Assembly: GCF_001194135.2 (NCBI RefSeq)
Contig: NC_068985.1
Span: 61,210,244-61,274,243 of the forward strand
Reading direction: 5' to 3'
Origin: Octopus bimaculoides
Taxonomy: Eukaryota
DNA: 64,000 bases
Position numbers and translations under genes: made by a program. The notes beneath the pieces are model-generated. The model searched no databases, had not been told where the DNA came from, and saw only the letters and a program-made list of their open reading frames with translations. Positions 12,066-26,500 of this stretch are shown here, piece after piece. Each line of letters opens with the position of its first letter. Positions within the stretch are counted from its first letter, which is position 1.

Positions 12066-12486
12066 TATTTTTTTAGTGTACAATTTTCATCATCCCACTA
12101 CCAAGTATAACATCATCCCTTCCTTTCTCATTCATAAACACATGAGTATTATTATAGTAGATTATCTCGGTAACCATGGGAGCTATGAAAAATACAAAGC
12201 CCAGCATCACCACTGGTTCATTCTACACATCTCTGTAATTTTTCACGCAATTCCACCCAGCCGTTTAACCGTGAATACCAAGACAAGAAAGAATCGTCCA
12301 TGTCAAATTTATATGTATAGACAAGGTACAGGGCTTGATTCTCTGTAGAAGCTTGCAATCTTGCTGGCCACTTTCTTTCATCTTCTAAAGGGTATTTACC
12401 TAATTTTCTAAGCTGTCTTCACAGCCATCCTGCATTCAAGAATTCCTTTATTTTCTGTAGAAAAAAAAAAAATATATATATATATA

Positions 12487-12845
12487 GAAGACATGCGTAG
12501 GCTTGAAAGAAATGAGGCTAGTATGATCTGCTGAATCGCCGGGCGACTTTCTGTGCTTGAGAAGACCTACTGAGTCAAGTAAATCAAAATCAAATCAAAT
12601 CACCATCTAATGGAAATTGTAGTTGTGGCCGTTATCAGTGCTGGCAGCATGCAATAAGCACCATTCATGCGTGGGTCGCTGCCAGTGTTGCCTGACTGCT
12701 TCCCCATGCCGGTGGCACGTAAAAGCACTATCCGAACGTGGCCGATGCCAGCATCCACTACACTCTAGGAGTGGTTGGCGTTAGGAAGGGCATCCATCTG
12801 TAGTAACATTGCCAGATCAGATTGGAGCCTGGTGCAGCCTTTCTG
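12487..12845 (+). mobile_element. RTE LINE fragment (RT piece plus 3'UTR piece)
   Basis: Translates EDMRRLERNEASMI; downstream sequence matches the RTE 3'UTR (GAGTGGTTGGCGTTAGGAAGGGCATCC). Confidence 0.75.
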
Positions 12846-15699
12846 CATATTTCAGTATTATGTGTACCTGACATGTATATGTGTACATAATTAATATATA
12901 AGTGCGTGCATGTGTGTGTGTGAAAGGGGGCATCTATCTCCAAAACTCCAAAGCTGAGTAACATTTTCATGCTTGGATTTGTAAACTACAATAAGAATAA
13001 CACTGGTCAACAAAGAATTTGTCCCAAGGAGAAGAATACCTGTATCTTATGTTTTTGCATGCAGAATTCAAAAATAATGTCAAATTATCTGTATCACCCA
13101 CAGTTTCTCTGTTCCATGATATTCCTCTTAGTTCCTGTTACGTGGGCTAAATTTCAGTTAAGCTATTGAAATGTAAAGCTAATATTTTAAGAAATATTCT
13201 TAATTTAAATTTTTATGAATAGAATTAACCTAGTGAAATCATAAATCCAGCTATCTGCATCAATGATTACATGAAACGAACAATATGTAAAAATACTAAC
13301 ACAGAAAAAGTACAGAAAAATATGTAATATACTAACACAAAAAAATTAAAAGAAAACACTTAGGTGAAAAGAATCTCGTGGTGTGAAGGATCAAATGTGA
13401 AAAATCAACATAGAACAAATGAACCACAACACAGCATGTGGTTGTCATGGTAACAAGCTGCTCATGCCACACTGTCCGTTAATTGGCTAAAATTACCCAA
13501 ATTTCCCAACTTTAATTCCGAATAACATCAAATTCTTTAATTTACGAGATAAAGTAATTGGTTGATCGTAATCAAAATTCAGAGTTGCATCAATACACCA
13601 AAATTGAAAGCAATCTGAGCAAAATTAAAAGGGGCTCATTTTGCAAAAGGAAAAGACTAGACCCGATAATTTTCCATTCTCAAAAAAATGTCTTAATTGG
13701 GGCAAAAGTGAGTAATGACCAATTTCAATAATGGTGGAGTTTCGGATCAGAACACCCACATGTTTGATTTTTTTCTATTTTGACAGTGATTTTCCAATTT
13801 CTTTTTCACCACAGCCTAATTTTTTCTCACCTCCCTCCCTTCCCCTCCTTACTCCCATCTGGACCGATTTTGGCCAATTTTTATTATANNNNNNNNNNTT
13901 TTCACAAGAAAAGATATGTGATTTAAAGAAGATTTAACTGTTGTTTCTAGCACATCTTATGACCACCTTTGTCACTGTCACATGTATTGATGTTTTTCAA
14001 TATTTTTCTCCCCATAAGCCCATTTATGCTATTAAAAAAAAAAGAATTTGAAAATTTCTGATTTTTTCACATTCAGTTGTTTCTGTTTATAATCTTAAAA
14101 TATTAGAGAGTCAACAATCAGTGCAGGAACTTATCCACAGTGATTTAAAAAAGATATCTAGAAGATAAGTTATTTTAACAGCATACTTTTCATGGCCTCA
14201 CTTGGTTGGTGGGGTGGAATTTAAATTTCAAATGTTTTTTTGTTGCTTAGATCCCAGCAATGTACCACATGTGTGTTACTTTTCCACATCATCATTCTGT
14301 AAAATGTACTTATGAGAAGGAAGTTATTGAAAAACTCAAACGATTGCTCTTAATATAGTGGACTGCATGTAATACAAGTTTTGTACATTTGAACTATCTG
14401 TTAATGTATAAACTATTTTAAAATACCCACCAATTATTTAGAACTTTAAAAAATTGGTACATGTATAATATACTGCTATTTTGAAAATGTTACAAGGGCT
14501 TTATAAAAAAAAGTAATGGCAAGATCAGGGAAAAAGAATAATAGAAAGAAGTAAAATATTAAAAGTAGAAGAAATCAAAATCATGTAAATTTATCCTTTA
14601 TTTTTAGATGGACTGGAGTAATTGAAGTAGTGGTGATAGAATTCTTGGTATATGTACGTTTAATTAAAAACAACATATTAACAAGTTGTTTTTAAAGAAA
14701 TCTCTTTTGTAAAGAGCAAACAAACAAACAAATGATGTGTATGTATGAAGATGTGGTATTGGCTACCATGTCATGATTTTCATAAGCAAACATAGCTATC
14801 TCTTTGACTGTAAAAAATCTTCATTAAAAATAATGAAATTGACTTATAAATTTATTGGTCTTTATTTTCAGTTTGGTTAAAAAATTTCAACATAACAGTA
14901 CACTACATATTCACCAAAATATTTATTTAAAAATTCATTCTGAATTTACAATTGGTATTAACTGTAAACTATCAGTAATATGAACAGCACATGTTCAATG
15001 TAATTATTGAAAAATATACATTTTTTTTCAAAAATTTGAATTGCACTGTTTTGTTTCTACTCATGTATTTTTGGAAAATTTTATTTATTCGTAATAAAAA
15101 TTAAATGATAATATTGTAGTTGTGAGTGGGTCCCCTTAGTCTCCTGGCAACCAATATGTTTAGACCCAGTTCGCTACTGATCATCATGTATTTTCATGGA
15201 TTAGGTGTATTTGATCAATCCTAATGCTTATACTTTTACTAACTAGTCTAATTAAGTAGAATGACAAATTTGAAAGAAATGGTAAAAAGCGAAGATTAAA
15301 TAGCCAAGTATTTTGAATCCAAATCCGGTAAAAGTTAACTTTACAGTCAAACATTCCATGATCAACAAAATTAGTACCTGTAATATATTGAAGTAATTCA
15401 ATCAACATCACTTCTCTATAAATGATAACACTAATCATATTATTATTTTAATGTCCACTTCACCTACCTGCATAGCATTATTACTAGAGTGGAGTTCTGA
15501 AGCAGATGTCAACTCCAGAATCTAGTGTGCAACAGCAGTGTTCAGAGGAATGAACAAGACCTGAGCTAGCCCTTCGATTAGCAGCCATATGAAGATCCTG
15601 TTGTACCAAAGCATTGTCCTATCAACATTTTATGTAGGAGAAACTTGAAAAATGACTGCCAAGATACTTAGACATTGAATGCATTACACCAATGGTATC

Positions 15700-16012
15700 T
15701 ATGCAGAATACTCAAAGTAACTTACAAGGACTGAATCACAAACTTTGAAGTCCTGAGATGAGTCAATCTGTTGCAGCCAGAGGGAGATTGCAGCATAAAG
15801 AGACTTATAGGTCATGTTTTCTAACTGCCAGAAGAAGGTACCAGTAGAGGGATGAAGAAAGAGAGGGAGACCCAAGAAGACATGGTGCACAACCTTCAAA
15901 GAAGATCTGAAGCAACTTAGCATCCCCTGAAAAGATGCAGCTATGCCTAAAACCAGAATAATTGGAGACATCTTGCTGTCCAAGGTACAAGCCAATTGTA
16001 TAAGAGGTATTA
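15700..16012 (+). mobile_element. Older RTE-like LINE RT C-terminal fragment
   Basis: Frameshifted CRILKVTYKD*ITN...IGHVF...VEG*RKRGRPKKTWCTTFKEDLKQL. Confidence 0.75.
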
Positions 16013-16019
16013 AGATTAA

Positions 16020-16457
16020 GACCGAGACCTTTGGAAATGGGCTGTGCGTGAGAAGACCCGGCAAGCCAAGTAAGATCGTTGCCAGTGCCCCTGGACTGGT
16101 TCTTGTGCGGGTGGCACATGAGATGCACCATTTTGAGCGTGGCCGTTGCCAGTACCGCTTGACTGGCTCCTGTAGGATTTTCGAGCGAGATCGTTGCCAG
16201 TGCCCCTGGACTGGCTTGTGCGGGTGGCACATAAAAGACACCATTTCGAGCGTGGCCGTTTTCGTGCGGGTGACACGTAAAAGCACCCACTACACTCTCT
16301 GAGTGGTTGGCGTTAGGAAGGGCATCCAGTTGTAGAAACTCTGCCAAATCAGACTGGAGCCTGGTGTTGCCATCCGCTTTCACCAGTCCTCAGTCAAATC
16401 GTCCAACCCATGCTAGCATGGAAAGCGGACGTTAAACGATGATGATGATGATGATGA
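16020..16457 (+). mobile_element. 5'-truncated RTE LINE (last codons, 3'UTR, (GAT)n tail)
   Basis: DRDLWKWAVREKTRQAK* followed by a 3'UTR nearly identical to the reverse complement of 3775-4250; ends CCATGCTAGCATGGAAAGCGGACGTTAAAC(GAT)n. Confidence 0.9.
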
Positions 16458-17404
16458 TTTAGTCTTTAAATGATAAACTTTCTATCTTAACCTAGATTAA
16501 CTTAGAAATTTCCACTAATTGCAAATATCCATACTGATAATAAAATGGATGCAGTAAAATGAATATAGCAATGTAGAAACTTTATGGGAGCTAGTTGTAT
16601 ATGTGCATGTGTTTTTATCTCTGTATATCTTCACATTGACACCATTCAGCCAGAAGTGATGTCACATGAACAAAAAGACCAACAGCATAACAATTTGTGT
16701 GGAATCATGCAATGAAGTACCATACTTGAAAACAAGCTGTAGAATACTGCCTCAACAAGTGTCATCCAAACCATCACAACATGGAAAAAAGCACACATAA
16801 AAATGATGATGATGAGGAGGATAATGACGATAAAATTATACCTTTTGTAACAACAATCACTAGCTAAATGACTAATTCTGGTCAAAATGGTGGGGGGAAA
16901 TAATTATAAAATATTAATTAAATATAGAAAGTAGTAGAGAATGAGTCATCTATTGTGGTGTGGTGACAACTTCAGACATATTTTGGTCTCATTAAACCTC
17001 CTTAGTAAAAGTAGTCAAACAGTAGCTGCAGATCTTTGATGGTTTCAGAATTTTGTGAACAAATACAATGAGGTATTGTAAATTGAATAATGATAAGGAT
17101 AAATACCTAGGTACGATTGATCCATGAAAATTTATGTGTGAAGTGGGCACATTTTGGTTGCACAGAGAACTTTTAAAACAAAGTAATAAAAATGTTATTT
17201 TATCATTCATTATGATTGGTAACAGTTTAGTTAGGTATGTATGTGTATGCATTTCATTGCACATTTGAAAACATTAATTACTCAGGAAACAGTTGGTAAT
17301 AACTGTGACTTGAAACATCTGGTTAATAAATCAATCAGTTTGGGATGATAATATTCATTTGGGGCACCATTTTCTCTGATAGAGATATACATCTATACAT
17401 CACA

Positions 17405-17444
<40 letters not shown>

Positions 17445-17520
17445 CTGGAGTAAGCACATAAATGTGAAACAAGGTGGAAAAAAGAGTACTCAAACACCAG
17501 AGGTAGAGTAATATGCTTTA

Positions 17521-18353
17521 TTTAAAAGCAGCAGAAATATAACAAAAGCTGTTACTCAGAGTTTCACGTTCCCGTTCATTGGACAGTTTTGTTAAAATGG
17601 TACAGAAATAACGATATAATCAAAACTAGTTAAAGGATACACCTTTAAAAATGAATTTATTTCATTGGTCCTATTGTAAAGAAAACCTTAAATCGAAGAA
17701 TAGATTTAAAATACATATTGTAAATATGTATTTCTTTCACTAGCTGTTACATTTAGGGTTCTTCTTTTCTTTTTTCCTCCTCCCTACATTTAAAATATAC
17801 TTCCTATCTCTCTTGTCTGTTATAACTGACTTGTATATGTATATACCAAGAGATTTTTGTGCGCGTGCATGGTTGCATGCATATATGTGTATTTGTGCAT
17901 ATATTTATGTATTACATATATATGCCTGTATATGTATATAACTATGTGCATGCATCTGTGTATTTTGATGTATATATGTATATTATAGTATGGGTATATA
18001 CAGTTGTAAAATATTTATGTAATGCAGCCTGAAAATTTTAATTTTAATGTATTAATTGACTTATATTTCATATATAATTATTTACAATATGTATTTTGAA
18101 TCCACTCTTCGATTTAAGGTTTTCTTCGATTTTATAATAGGATGAATTTATATTGAATTCTTTTATTTTGTTCATTGCATGCTTAAGACCGCTAATTGAA
18201 AGGACCAATGAAACAAATCCATTTTTAAAAGTATATCCTTTAACTAGTTTTGATTATATTGTTATTTCTGTTCCATTTTAACAAAACTGTTTGACGAACA
18301 GGAATGTGAAACTCTGAGTAACAGCTTTTGTTATATTTCTGCTGCTTTTAAAT
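17521..18353. repeat. Inverted repeat pair (~200/270 bp arms), each arm with a decayed hammerhead; probable Penelope-like terminal repeats
   Basis: 17521-17724 is the reverse complement of 18080-18353, apart from a ~70-bp insertion in the right arm; hammerhead motifs at 17549-17586 (-) and 18287-18324 (+). Confidence 0.75.
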
Positions 18354-18372
18354 CAAGTATATATACATATAC

Positions 18373-18419
<47 letters not shown>

Positions 18420-18562
18420 CACACACACATATATATATCCAAAATGGAGATGACCACCAACCCTCCATGTGATTGGCTAGAAAAATTAACATATTAAGAC
18501 ATTTTTCTTAACATGAAACTAATAGTAGCTTTAAAACACAAATAAAGATGCGTGGAGGAGGG

Positions 18563-18712
18563 GTGCAAGTATGGCATTGTGGTTAAGAATCTTGTTTAGC
18601 AACCATGTGGCCTCAGGTTCAGTCTTACTGAATGGCACATTGGTGTATTCTACTACAGCTTCAGTTCAACCAAAGCCTTGTGGGTAGGTTTAGAAGACAG
18701 AAACTGAAAGAT
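18563..18712 (+). mobile_element. Degenerate CORE-type SINE 5' part
   Basis: TGGCATTGTGGTTAAG...GGTTCAGTC...GAAACTGAAAG, collinear with 5080-5190. Confidence 0.6.
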
Positions 18713-21700
18713 AGATAGATCGATCCATCCCTCCATCCATAAACCCACCCATCCATCCATCCAAAGTAAGTTTTATATAAAGTCGTATATACAAATAGTT
18801 GAAGGATCACTCAATACTTTTTAGTAGAATACCATATTTATTCATTTTTATAAAGAAAACCTACCTCAAAGTTTTGGCTTACTTGCCATCGTCAGTCAAG
18901 GGGGTCAAAAGTTTGAAATCACTATCACGCAAACACATCAAGTGACAAGGTACATAAAGCCAAAGAAGAAATTTACCACTTAGGACATTTTTTAAGAACA
19001 GCATAACTCATTAAATGCACACCCACACATACATACACTCACACATATTTCCTCTCAACTTCAGCTGTATATTGGGAATATTTCACAACATATTAAATCA
19101 TAAAATAATGGTTTATAGTTTAGCCATTTCCCATTATTTTATTCTCTACCACAACAACATCTATATAATTTTAATTACTGACATAACGTTTTATAATTCT
19201 TTATCATTTTTCTTATATTTTCTAATATTTATTGAGCAATTTGTAATTCTGGTTTGCCTATTAAGTTCATGGAATAACAAGTGTACTTTGTTTAGATGCT
19301 ATTGAAAATTAATTAAATATAGACACATNNNNNNNNNNNNNNNNNNNNNNNNNNNNNNNNNNNNNNNNNNNNNNNNNNNNNNNNNNNNNNNNNNNNNNNN
19401 NNNNNNNNNNNNNNNNNNNNNNNNNNNNNNNNNNNNNNNNNNNNNNNNNNNNNNNNNNNNNNNNNNNNNNNNNNNNNNNNNNNNNNNNNNNNNNNNNNNN
19501 NNNNNNNNNNNNNNNNNNNNNNNNNNNNNNNNNNNNNNNNNNNNNNNNNNNNNNNNNNNNNNNNNNNNNNNNNNNNNNNNNNNNNNAAACAGAGATAAAG
19601 AAGTTAATTATTATTAACAAATTAGTTATCTTCAAATAATTGTTAACTTCCTTATCTCCATTTTCTTTTCTTCTCTTAACTGGATATAAACTATATGCTT
19701 AATATGTACCTATTGTTTTAACCGAATTTCATTCCCCAACAACACTAGGTAGTGAACCAGTATTTCCTTGGATGCAACCATCCTTTCATGAGGTTAACAT
19801 ACCCTCTAATTAAATATATATATATCACAAAAGGCTTGGTCGGCGGCCCAGCTATCCAAGTTCATCGACAGGACTTATAAAAACTGAAGGACTGCTACAA
19901 AAAGTGTGTGAATCTGAGAGGGGAATATGTTCAATAAAATCATAACTAACTGACTCTCCAGGAAATTGTCAGCACCCCTTTGTAGAAGATTATGTGCAAT
20001 ACATTATGTAAGAATTATGCTAATTTATTTATGGTCGAAAGGTGCCAAGTGGCACTTCATCAGAGATTTACCAAACTTTGCTATTATACATATGTGGGAG
20101 AGCTATATAGATATGCTTATATATGGGGGGAGTGAAGAAAAGAATAAAAATATTAATACACAATATTAAAAGCAATAAGAATACAGAGGGCATAGCAATA
20201 AATACAATAAAGATAGTGATAAAAATGACAGTACCAGTTGAGCATTTTGGTCAATGTTATCAACAAGACCCCTCCCCCAAATTTCATACCTTGTGCTTAT
20301 ATACGAAACTATTATTATAGTAAGTTCAAATCTTACTTCAAGCCCATAACTCCGCTTGACCCAGTTTACCTGACACGAAAAATGTAGGTTTCAGCTCCCT
20401 ACTTCACGCTTGATCAGTTAACGACCAGACACGTTTAATAAACATTCTTCAGTTTTAAAAATGTGTTGCTGTTGTTGTTTAGCTCTAGGTCAAGCCCTGA
20501 TAGAGCAAACCTTATAATGAGATATTCCAGCTGGGAATATCATTTTCTTTTTTCAGTAACATGTAATCCAGTATGTCCTTCCTTTTTTTAAAAAGCAGGA
20601 TGTACTTAGAGGGATATTCGGTTGCTAAATCTAACAGATCAATAAACCACGTAAGGGCTGTCGCGTTAGCTTTATTTTATTTTACTTGTTTCTGTAACAG
20701 GACTGTGACCATGCTGGAGCACCGCCTTGAAGAAAGATTTGTGATTGTACGTGGAAGAACATTAGACTAGACTAGGCTTCAATTCTGTTTATTTCCCGCC
20801 ATTTGTCTTCGGCTTTCGAAACCTCTCACTTGCAATGCCTTCAAATTTTGTCATTAAAATAAATTCTAAGTCTCTAACTACGACTTTTGTTGTATAGCCC
20901 CATATCAGTCATCAAACTGATACATGATTGAAAGCATTCCATCTATGACAACGCTACCTTTTTATACCTTGGCGCACACGGATCAATGTGTCCTCGATAT
21001 TTTTCATATTTGAATGTGATTTTAAGAATACTTAGCTACCCGTTTTTAGAAGGCGAAGTGACCACGTAGAAGCTCTCTAGTTGTCAAGTTTTAAATATAG
21101 TTAAAGGTCTGATGAGGAATTAACAGACGTTAATACTAGAAGTGTGGATCAAACCACTCCAAAGACATACTCCTCGGTAAAGTGACAAGAATAACCATAC
21201 ATACAGCTTTGAAAACACCGATAGATAATGAAAAGGAAATGACAGCAGACATTTCGTTAAATTTTACTGTCAAACATCACTAGTGTTTCATAGAAATCCA
21301 GGGTTTTATACAATATAACCCTTTACAATCCCTAGTAGAATTTAAAAGTAAACTATCAATGGGGTCTTCCCAATCTTAAAAGGATCTGTTTTTATAGCAA
21401 ATAGAAACTTAATTGCAATCTACGAAAAGGAGAAAGGGGGAACAGGACAAGTTATCTGGATTAATAAAAACAGAAGGACGTGGACATGTATGAAACGAAA
21501 CATTAACATGTGATATATATCTGTGTGTGTAAAACGAGATGAATTAACCTACAACGTGGTGATATCACCAACTCATAAGTGTGTCACACACATATGAAGG
21601 AAGAAGTAATAATCTATAGACAAAATATTGACTCAAAATTAGCCAGTTCGATAAAAGACCATCTGTCTCTCTACATGTCTGTTTATTATCTTTTTACATG

Positions 21701-22031
21701 TTTCTCTATCTAATCGTCTATGTCTTTCTACCTACCTGTCTACCTGCGTCAATGGCAGTAAGGATAGCGAACTGATCTACTTTGGACAATATTGTTATCT
21801 TCATGCCATAAAATTAGTAAGAGTAAAGTTTAACTGCTAAGTAAACCTTAAAACATTTCACAGACGTCTCTCACAGTTTGTGTGTACACACACACATACA
21901 TGGGTGTGTGTATGCATGTATATGTGTGTGTGTATATATAAATATATATATATATATACGCATATATGTATGTGTGTATGCATATATATCTGTATGTATC
22001 TATATATGTATATATATGTATGTGTGTGTAA

Positions 22032-22071
<40 letters not shown>

Positions 22072-23339
22072 GATGTGTGTGTGTGTGTGTGTATACGCAA
22101 CTATTTACTTTTAAATTGTCGAGCAGTATATATTCCTGGGAAAATATCGCTTGGTTTCTTTGTTTTTAACTGCCCAGAGTAAAAAAGATATTGCTTGGCC
22201 TGCATTAAGTTCTTACATCAAGAATTTTTCATTGAGAGAATATGTGATGATAACAATAAGGAATTATTACAGTGATACATCGCCAGAAATTTGGTTGGGA
22301 GAGGGAGTTACTATTCATTATGTTGATCTCTAGCATTTGACTAGTTCTTATAGATCCCGGAAAGATGAAACTTCGGCAGGATTATATTAAGTATTGCCAA
22401 GTATTGATTACCTTCTGTTAAATAACAAAGGATTATTTAACGTGGCTTATTGAGAACATAAATAAAATTCCGACGGAGTTTTGAAATAGCCATCACAACA
22501 TCATGGGCAAGGAAAATTGCACGGTCTTGTGGAGGGAGGGCGGATTCTTTCTGAACAGAAAAACTAGGAATGAAAGAAAGAAAAAAGCCCGAACTTCGCC
22601 AAAACTTCTTTTGACAACTCTGTTGTTTAGTTCAAAGATTAAAACCGTCTCAGCCATGACCATCCCTACTTGCTTTGAATATCTAGTACTTCACTGTTTT
22701 CAAACAATAAGGAGTAATTAGAGTGATATATTTGATTCCTATTTCAAGCAGGCTATGCAACCACATTTATTAAGAGATATGTGAAAATATAATTGATCAA
22801 AGTTCAATTTGGTGGTGGTGGTGATAGAAGAGGAAGAAAGGCCATTTCCCGAAATACAATTATTCTGATAGTGTATCGAATATATTTCTGATTGATTTTT
22901 CCCTAATTTTACTCTAACAACAATAATTTGTGAGAGAATGAAACGAAGCCAAATATTTCAGTTCTGCTATAACCTGAGAAAAGAAGGAGCAATGACTTTG
23001 TCTAAATGTTGTGTAGTCTCTTAAATCCTAAATCAACACATACTCACCTACAATCAATTACAGACAAGAACAACCAGGTGACACGAGGTAAACAACAGGT
23101 AAACAAAATCCTTCCGACTTCAATGACAGTTGTAGCAATGGTACTAGAGGTGCTACTGGCGGCGACGGTGACTATGGGCAGTGAGGATAGTAAAAAAGAA
23201 TAAACACGAAACAGTATGGAGGGCAATGACAGAGAGACAGAGCTGACAACAGCTGGTGTGTGTCAACAAGACAGTGACGGTGGGAGGGCAGAATGCCAAC
23301 TATTTGTAAATGTCTGTACTGCACGACACACACACACAC

Positions 23340-23376
<37 letters not shown>

Positions 23377-23442
23377 CATACACACACACATTATATATAT
23401 ATATATATATATANNNNNNNNNNTATATACATACACACACAC

Positions 23443-23507
<65 letters not shown>

Positions 23508-26500
23508 GCATCTATCTGTATATCAGTTTATATATTTATCTGTACATTTCTATCTACCTGTCTTGACATACGGATAGATAGATAGACAAACACAGAGGGG
23601 GAGAGGTGTGTAAACAGACAGTAGACACAAACCCATGATTAATTCCCGGTCAAATGGCATAACTACAACAGCTACTTGATATATTCAACGATTGTTTTAC
23701 AACGACTTAAGGAGTTTGTTCTGTACGTGATCGCACTACCAGCAGAAACAGCATCTTCCTCAAATCATACCTGACCGTCTTACATAAGGTACTATATGCC
23801 GGATAACGTAGTCCTAGATAACCTTTAAATGACGAGATGATCGCGGCTGGCAGTTCATTAGTCTACTGGATTGGAGCTGACCAAGAGCTAAACAACTATG
23901 CTTAACTTATTTTCCACAATTACCAATACATAAGAAAGAAATTATGAGATAACTGTTTCTTAAGTTCTTAACAAGGATTTTTTAAGTATTCATTTTATTA
24001 CTTCAGGTAAAATTACTTCAAGACTTGCAGGAAGAAATTCCTATCCCTGAATCACTGGTTGGTAGTTCAATGGTAGAATAGTCAGTCGTGGAGCCCGATA
24101 AAATATTTGAAAAAAAGAAAAAAGAAATATCATTTACAAGCCCTAAAGCAGTGCCCTATATAAAGGCAGAGTAGAATGTATGCTGGGTGCCTTCTGATAA
24201 GAAAGACACCAAAAACCTCAAGAGTAAGGACTAGGCAGGTATTTATCAAAATGATGAGTAAATATAATCACCAAAATAGATGTGAAGACTTGGATAACGA
24301 AATCAATTAGGGTTTACTTTATAGATTAAAAGTAGATCGAGTTAATCACCATGGATGGTATGCCAATCGAACTGGTACTAGCTTTCACGGTTTGCTACCA
24401 ATGTCTTTTCATATTTTCTGAAAATAAAAACTGTCAATAAATTGGGAATAAATAGATATAGAACTGAAGTTAAAACCTATTTAATCTACTGATAACAACG
24501 GTAGAACATAAGACAAAAGTATAAAGCTGTAATCCCTATTCCCTAAAGAACTTAGAGTTATCAAAACGTTTTGTTCTTCAAATTTTTTCAAGAAAAATTA
24601 TAGAATTTTTAAAAAAAAGTAATTACCGAATTATTTTATTTTAAAATCATTGAATAGAATGAGAATTAATAATATTGTTTTAATTTCTCCCTTCGCATCT
24701 TGAATAAATCAAGATTAGAACGATAAAGAAAAAGTGTGTTGTTGAATAAAAGATCGATGCCACTGATTGTGGCAATGAAGAGTAAATAATCTGGTAAAAG
24801 AAAGGATTGTTATAGCAGTTACAGGAATTATCGGTCTGATTAATGTACATTGACATAGGAGGAAGGATTTAATAATAGATGTTTTAAACAATGTGTGTGT
24901 GTGTGTGTGCGCGCGCACACACATACACAAACTACTATTAATACAGCAATAGGGTACAGGGAAAAGGTCTAGGGACGTCCAAAGTAGGAAGTAAGGTGCC
25001 CGGCGGTAGGGATGGTTACCCGGATAACAGGATTCTTGGTCAAGTTGATGAATGATTGATGTAAGCAATGATAATGTTATTTCAATGAAATAAAGTGGAG
25101 AAGGCTGTACATAAATAGTTTATGGTAATATATTTCGATAACTGCTGGTTCTGAGATCAAATCTAAAACGAGACCAACTATTTTCACATTTCAAAAGAAG
25201 TCGCGATACTATACAAATGTTCATTCAAGCAGATACAGTGCTACCCTAAAAAATGATTAGTTTTGTCCATTTAAAAGAAATCAATATTTGAATGAAGAAT
25301 TTTAAAATATTGATTTTAAAATATAGAGCATTATTTTATCGAAAAACAATTCTATTCCATTATCAATTTCCAGAAACCTAAGACTGATCCCTAAAACATT
25401 AAGAATATTATTTCGTAACCAATTAAAATAAACGTGTCGTTGATAGGAAGGTATGGAAGGAAATGGCTAAATAATCGAAGTTCCAGCTGACTACTGAATT
25501 TACAGCGAAAGACTAAATAGAAATTCAAATTATTTTTATTTTAAGGAATCAGATGATAAGATATATTAAATAGAATTATGTTGACTTTTTGTTCCTGACA
25601 GTTTAAAAATTTTCTTGTATTGTGATGTCATCTCTCATAGAATGAATGGTTCCGTATGTGACACATTTCACTTGACTTTAACATCGTCTCACAAATACTT
25701 TTAGCGAATGTAATTCATTTTTCACTAAAAGATTAATACTTAATGAGGCAAATAATACGGAATGAAAGATGAATATTAAATGCAATGGTAGGGAGAAAGA
25801 GAAGTGGGGGAATCTATAGTAATCAACAGAATTATTATCATTAAATCGATTACTAGACAAAGAATTTCATAACAATGGTTTTTGTAATTGGTAATTAATG
25901 TTTGATATTTGAAAAAAAGAGGAAACACACTGATTTCTGATTTCTCTGTCTCAAAGACCGAGAAGGGAACAAGCTGAGAGAAACGGTAGCATAGCAATAT
26001 CATCACAGATGAATGAAACCAGCAACGTAATAGGGTTAGTCTGGCACCCGGCTATTTAAAAAACAGGCATTAATCACAGATAATAATTTCAAAAAATGCC
26101 GCTCACTTACCTTTCAGGCGGCGACCAGCTCAGTAAGCTCCGTGTAAACAGTATCCATAGGTTCATGAAAAATGTGGAACGTGAACAGTTGTTTCTTTGT
26201 TCAGTGATTAATAAATTGCTTTCTTTATGTACATTATAATTAATCTAGCCTTGAAAGATGTTTTGAAAATTTAATACTTTAAAATCAATAACAAAGTATT
26301 TATTAAATTATCTGCTTTAATTCAAACATTGTGTTTATTTTAATGTGATACAATTATTAAAAATTTTCAGCTTCAAAAATAGGCAGGCTTTTAAATTGCG
26401 AACAGATACATTTTGCCAAATTTCTTTGCTTATTATTTCTTCCTGGGTTTATTAAATTTAGAAATATATGTTTATTTCTTTCCCACTATTCATTTATATA

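Noticed and set aside
12400-12454. Strong-looking minus-strand acceptor (T)11CTACAG followed by AG|GTAAAT
   Set aside because: All three frames stop before the donor, and the poly-T adjoins a microsatellite.
14607-14655. Possible plus-strand micro-exon (TTTTTAG|A TGG ACT GGA...TAT|GTACGT)
   Set aside because: Too short to evaluate and no supporting neighbouring exons.
15255-15372. Possible minus-strand exon VLILLIMECLTVKLTFTGFGFKILGYLIFAFY
   Set aside because: Hydrophobic, but no recognisable family; the phase does not match the upstream donors, and T-rich DNA gives such peptides by chance.
18859-18899. CTGACGA-TGGC-AAGTAA-GCCA-AAA-CTTTGAG-GTA on the minus strand
   Set aside because: G12 is missing and stem I does not pair; possibly a decayed motif but not supportable.
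20029-20066. CTGATGA-A-GTGCC-ACTT-GGCAC on the minus strand
   Set aside because: Followed by CTTTCG instead of GAAA; only half a hammerhead.
24058-24080. tRNA-like GGTAGTTCAATGGTAGAAT
   Set aside because: A-box only, with no cloverleaf or B-box; no tRNA genes could be supported anywhere in the window.
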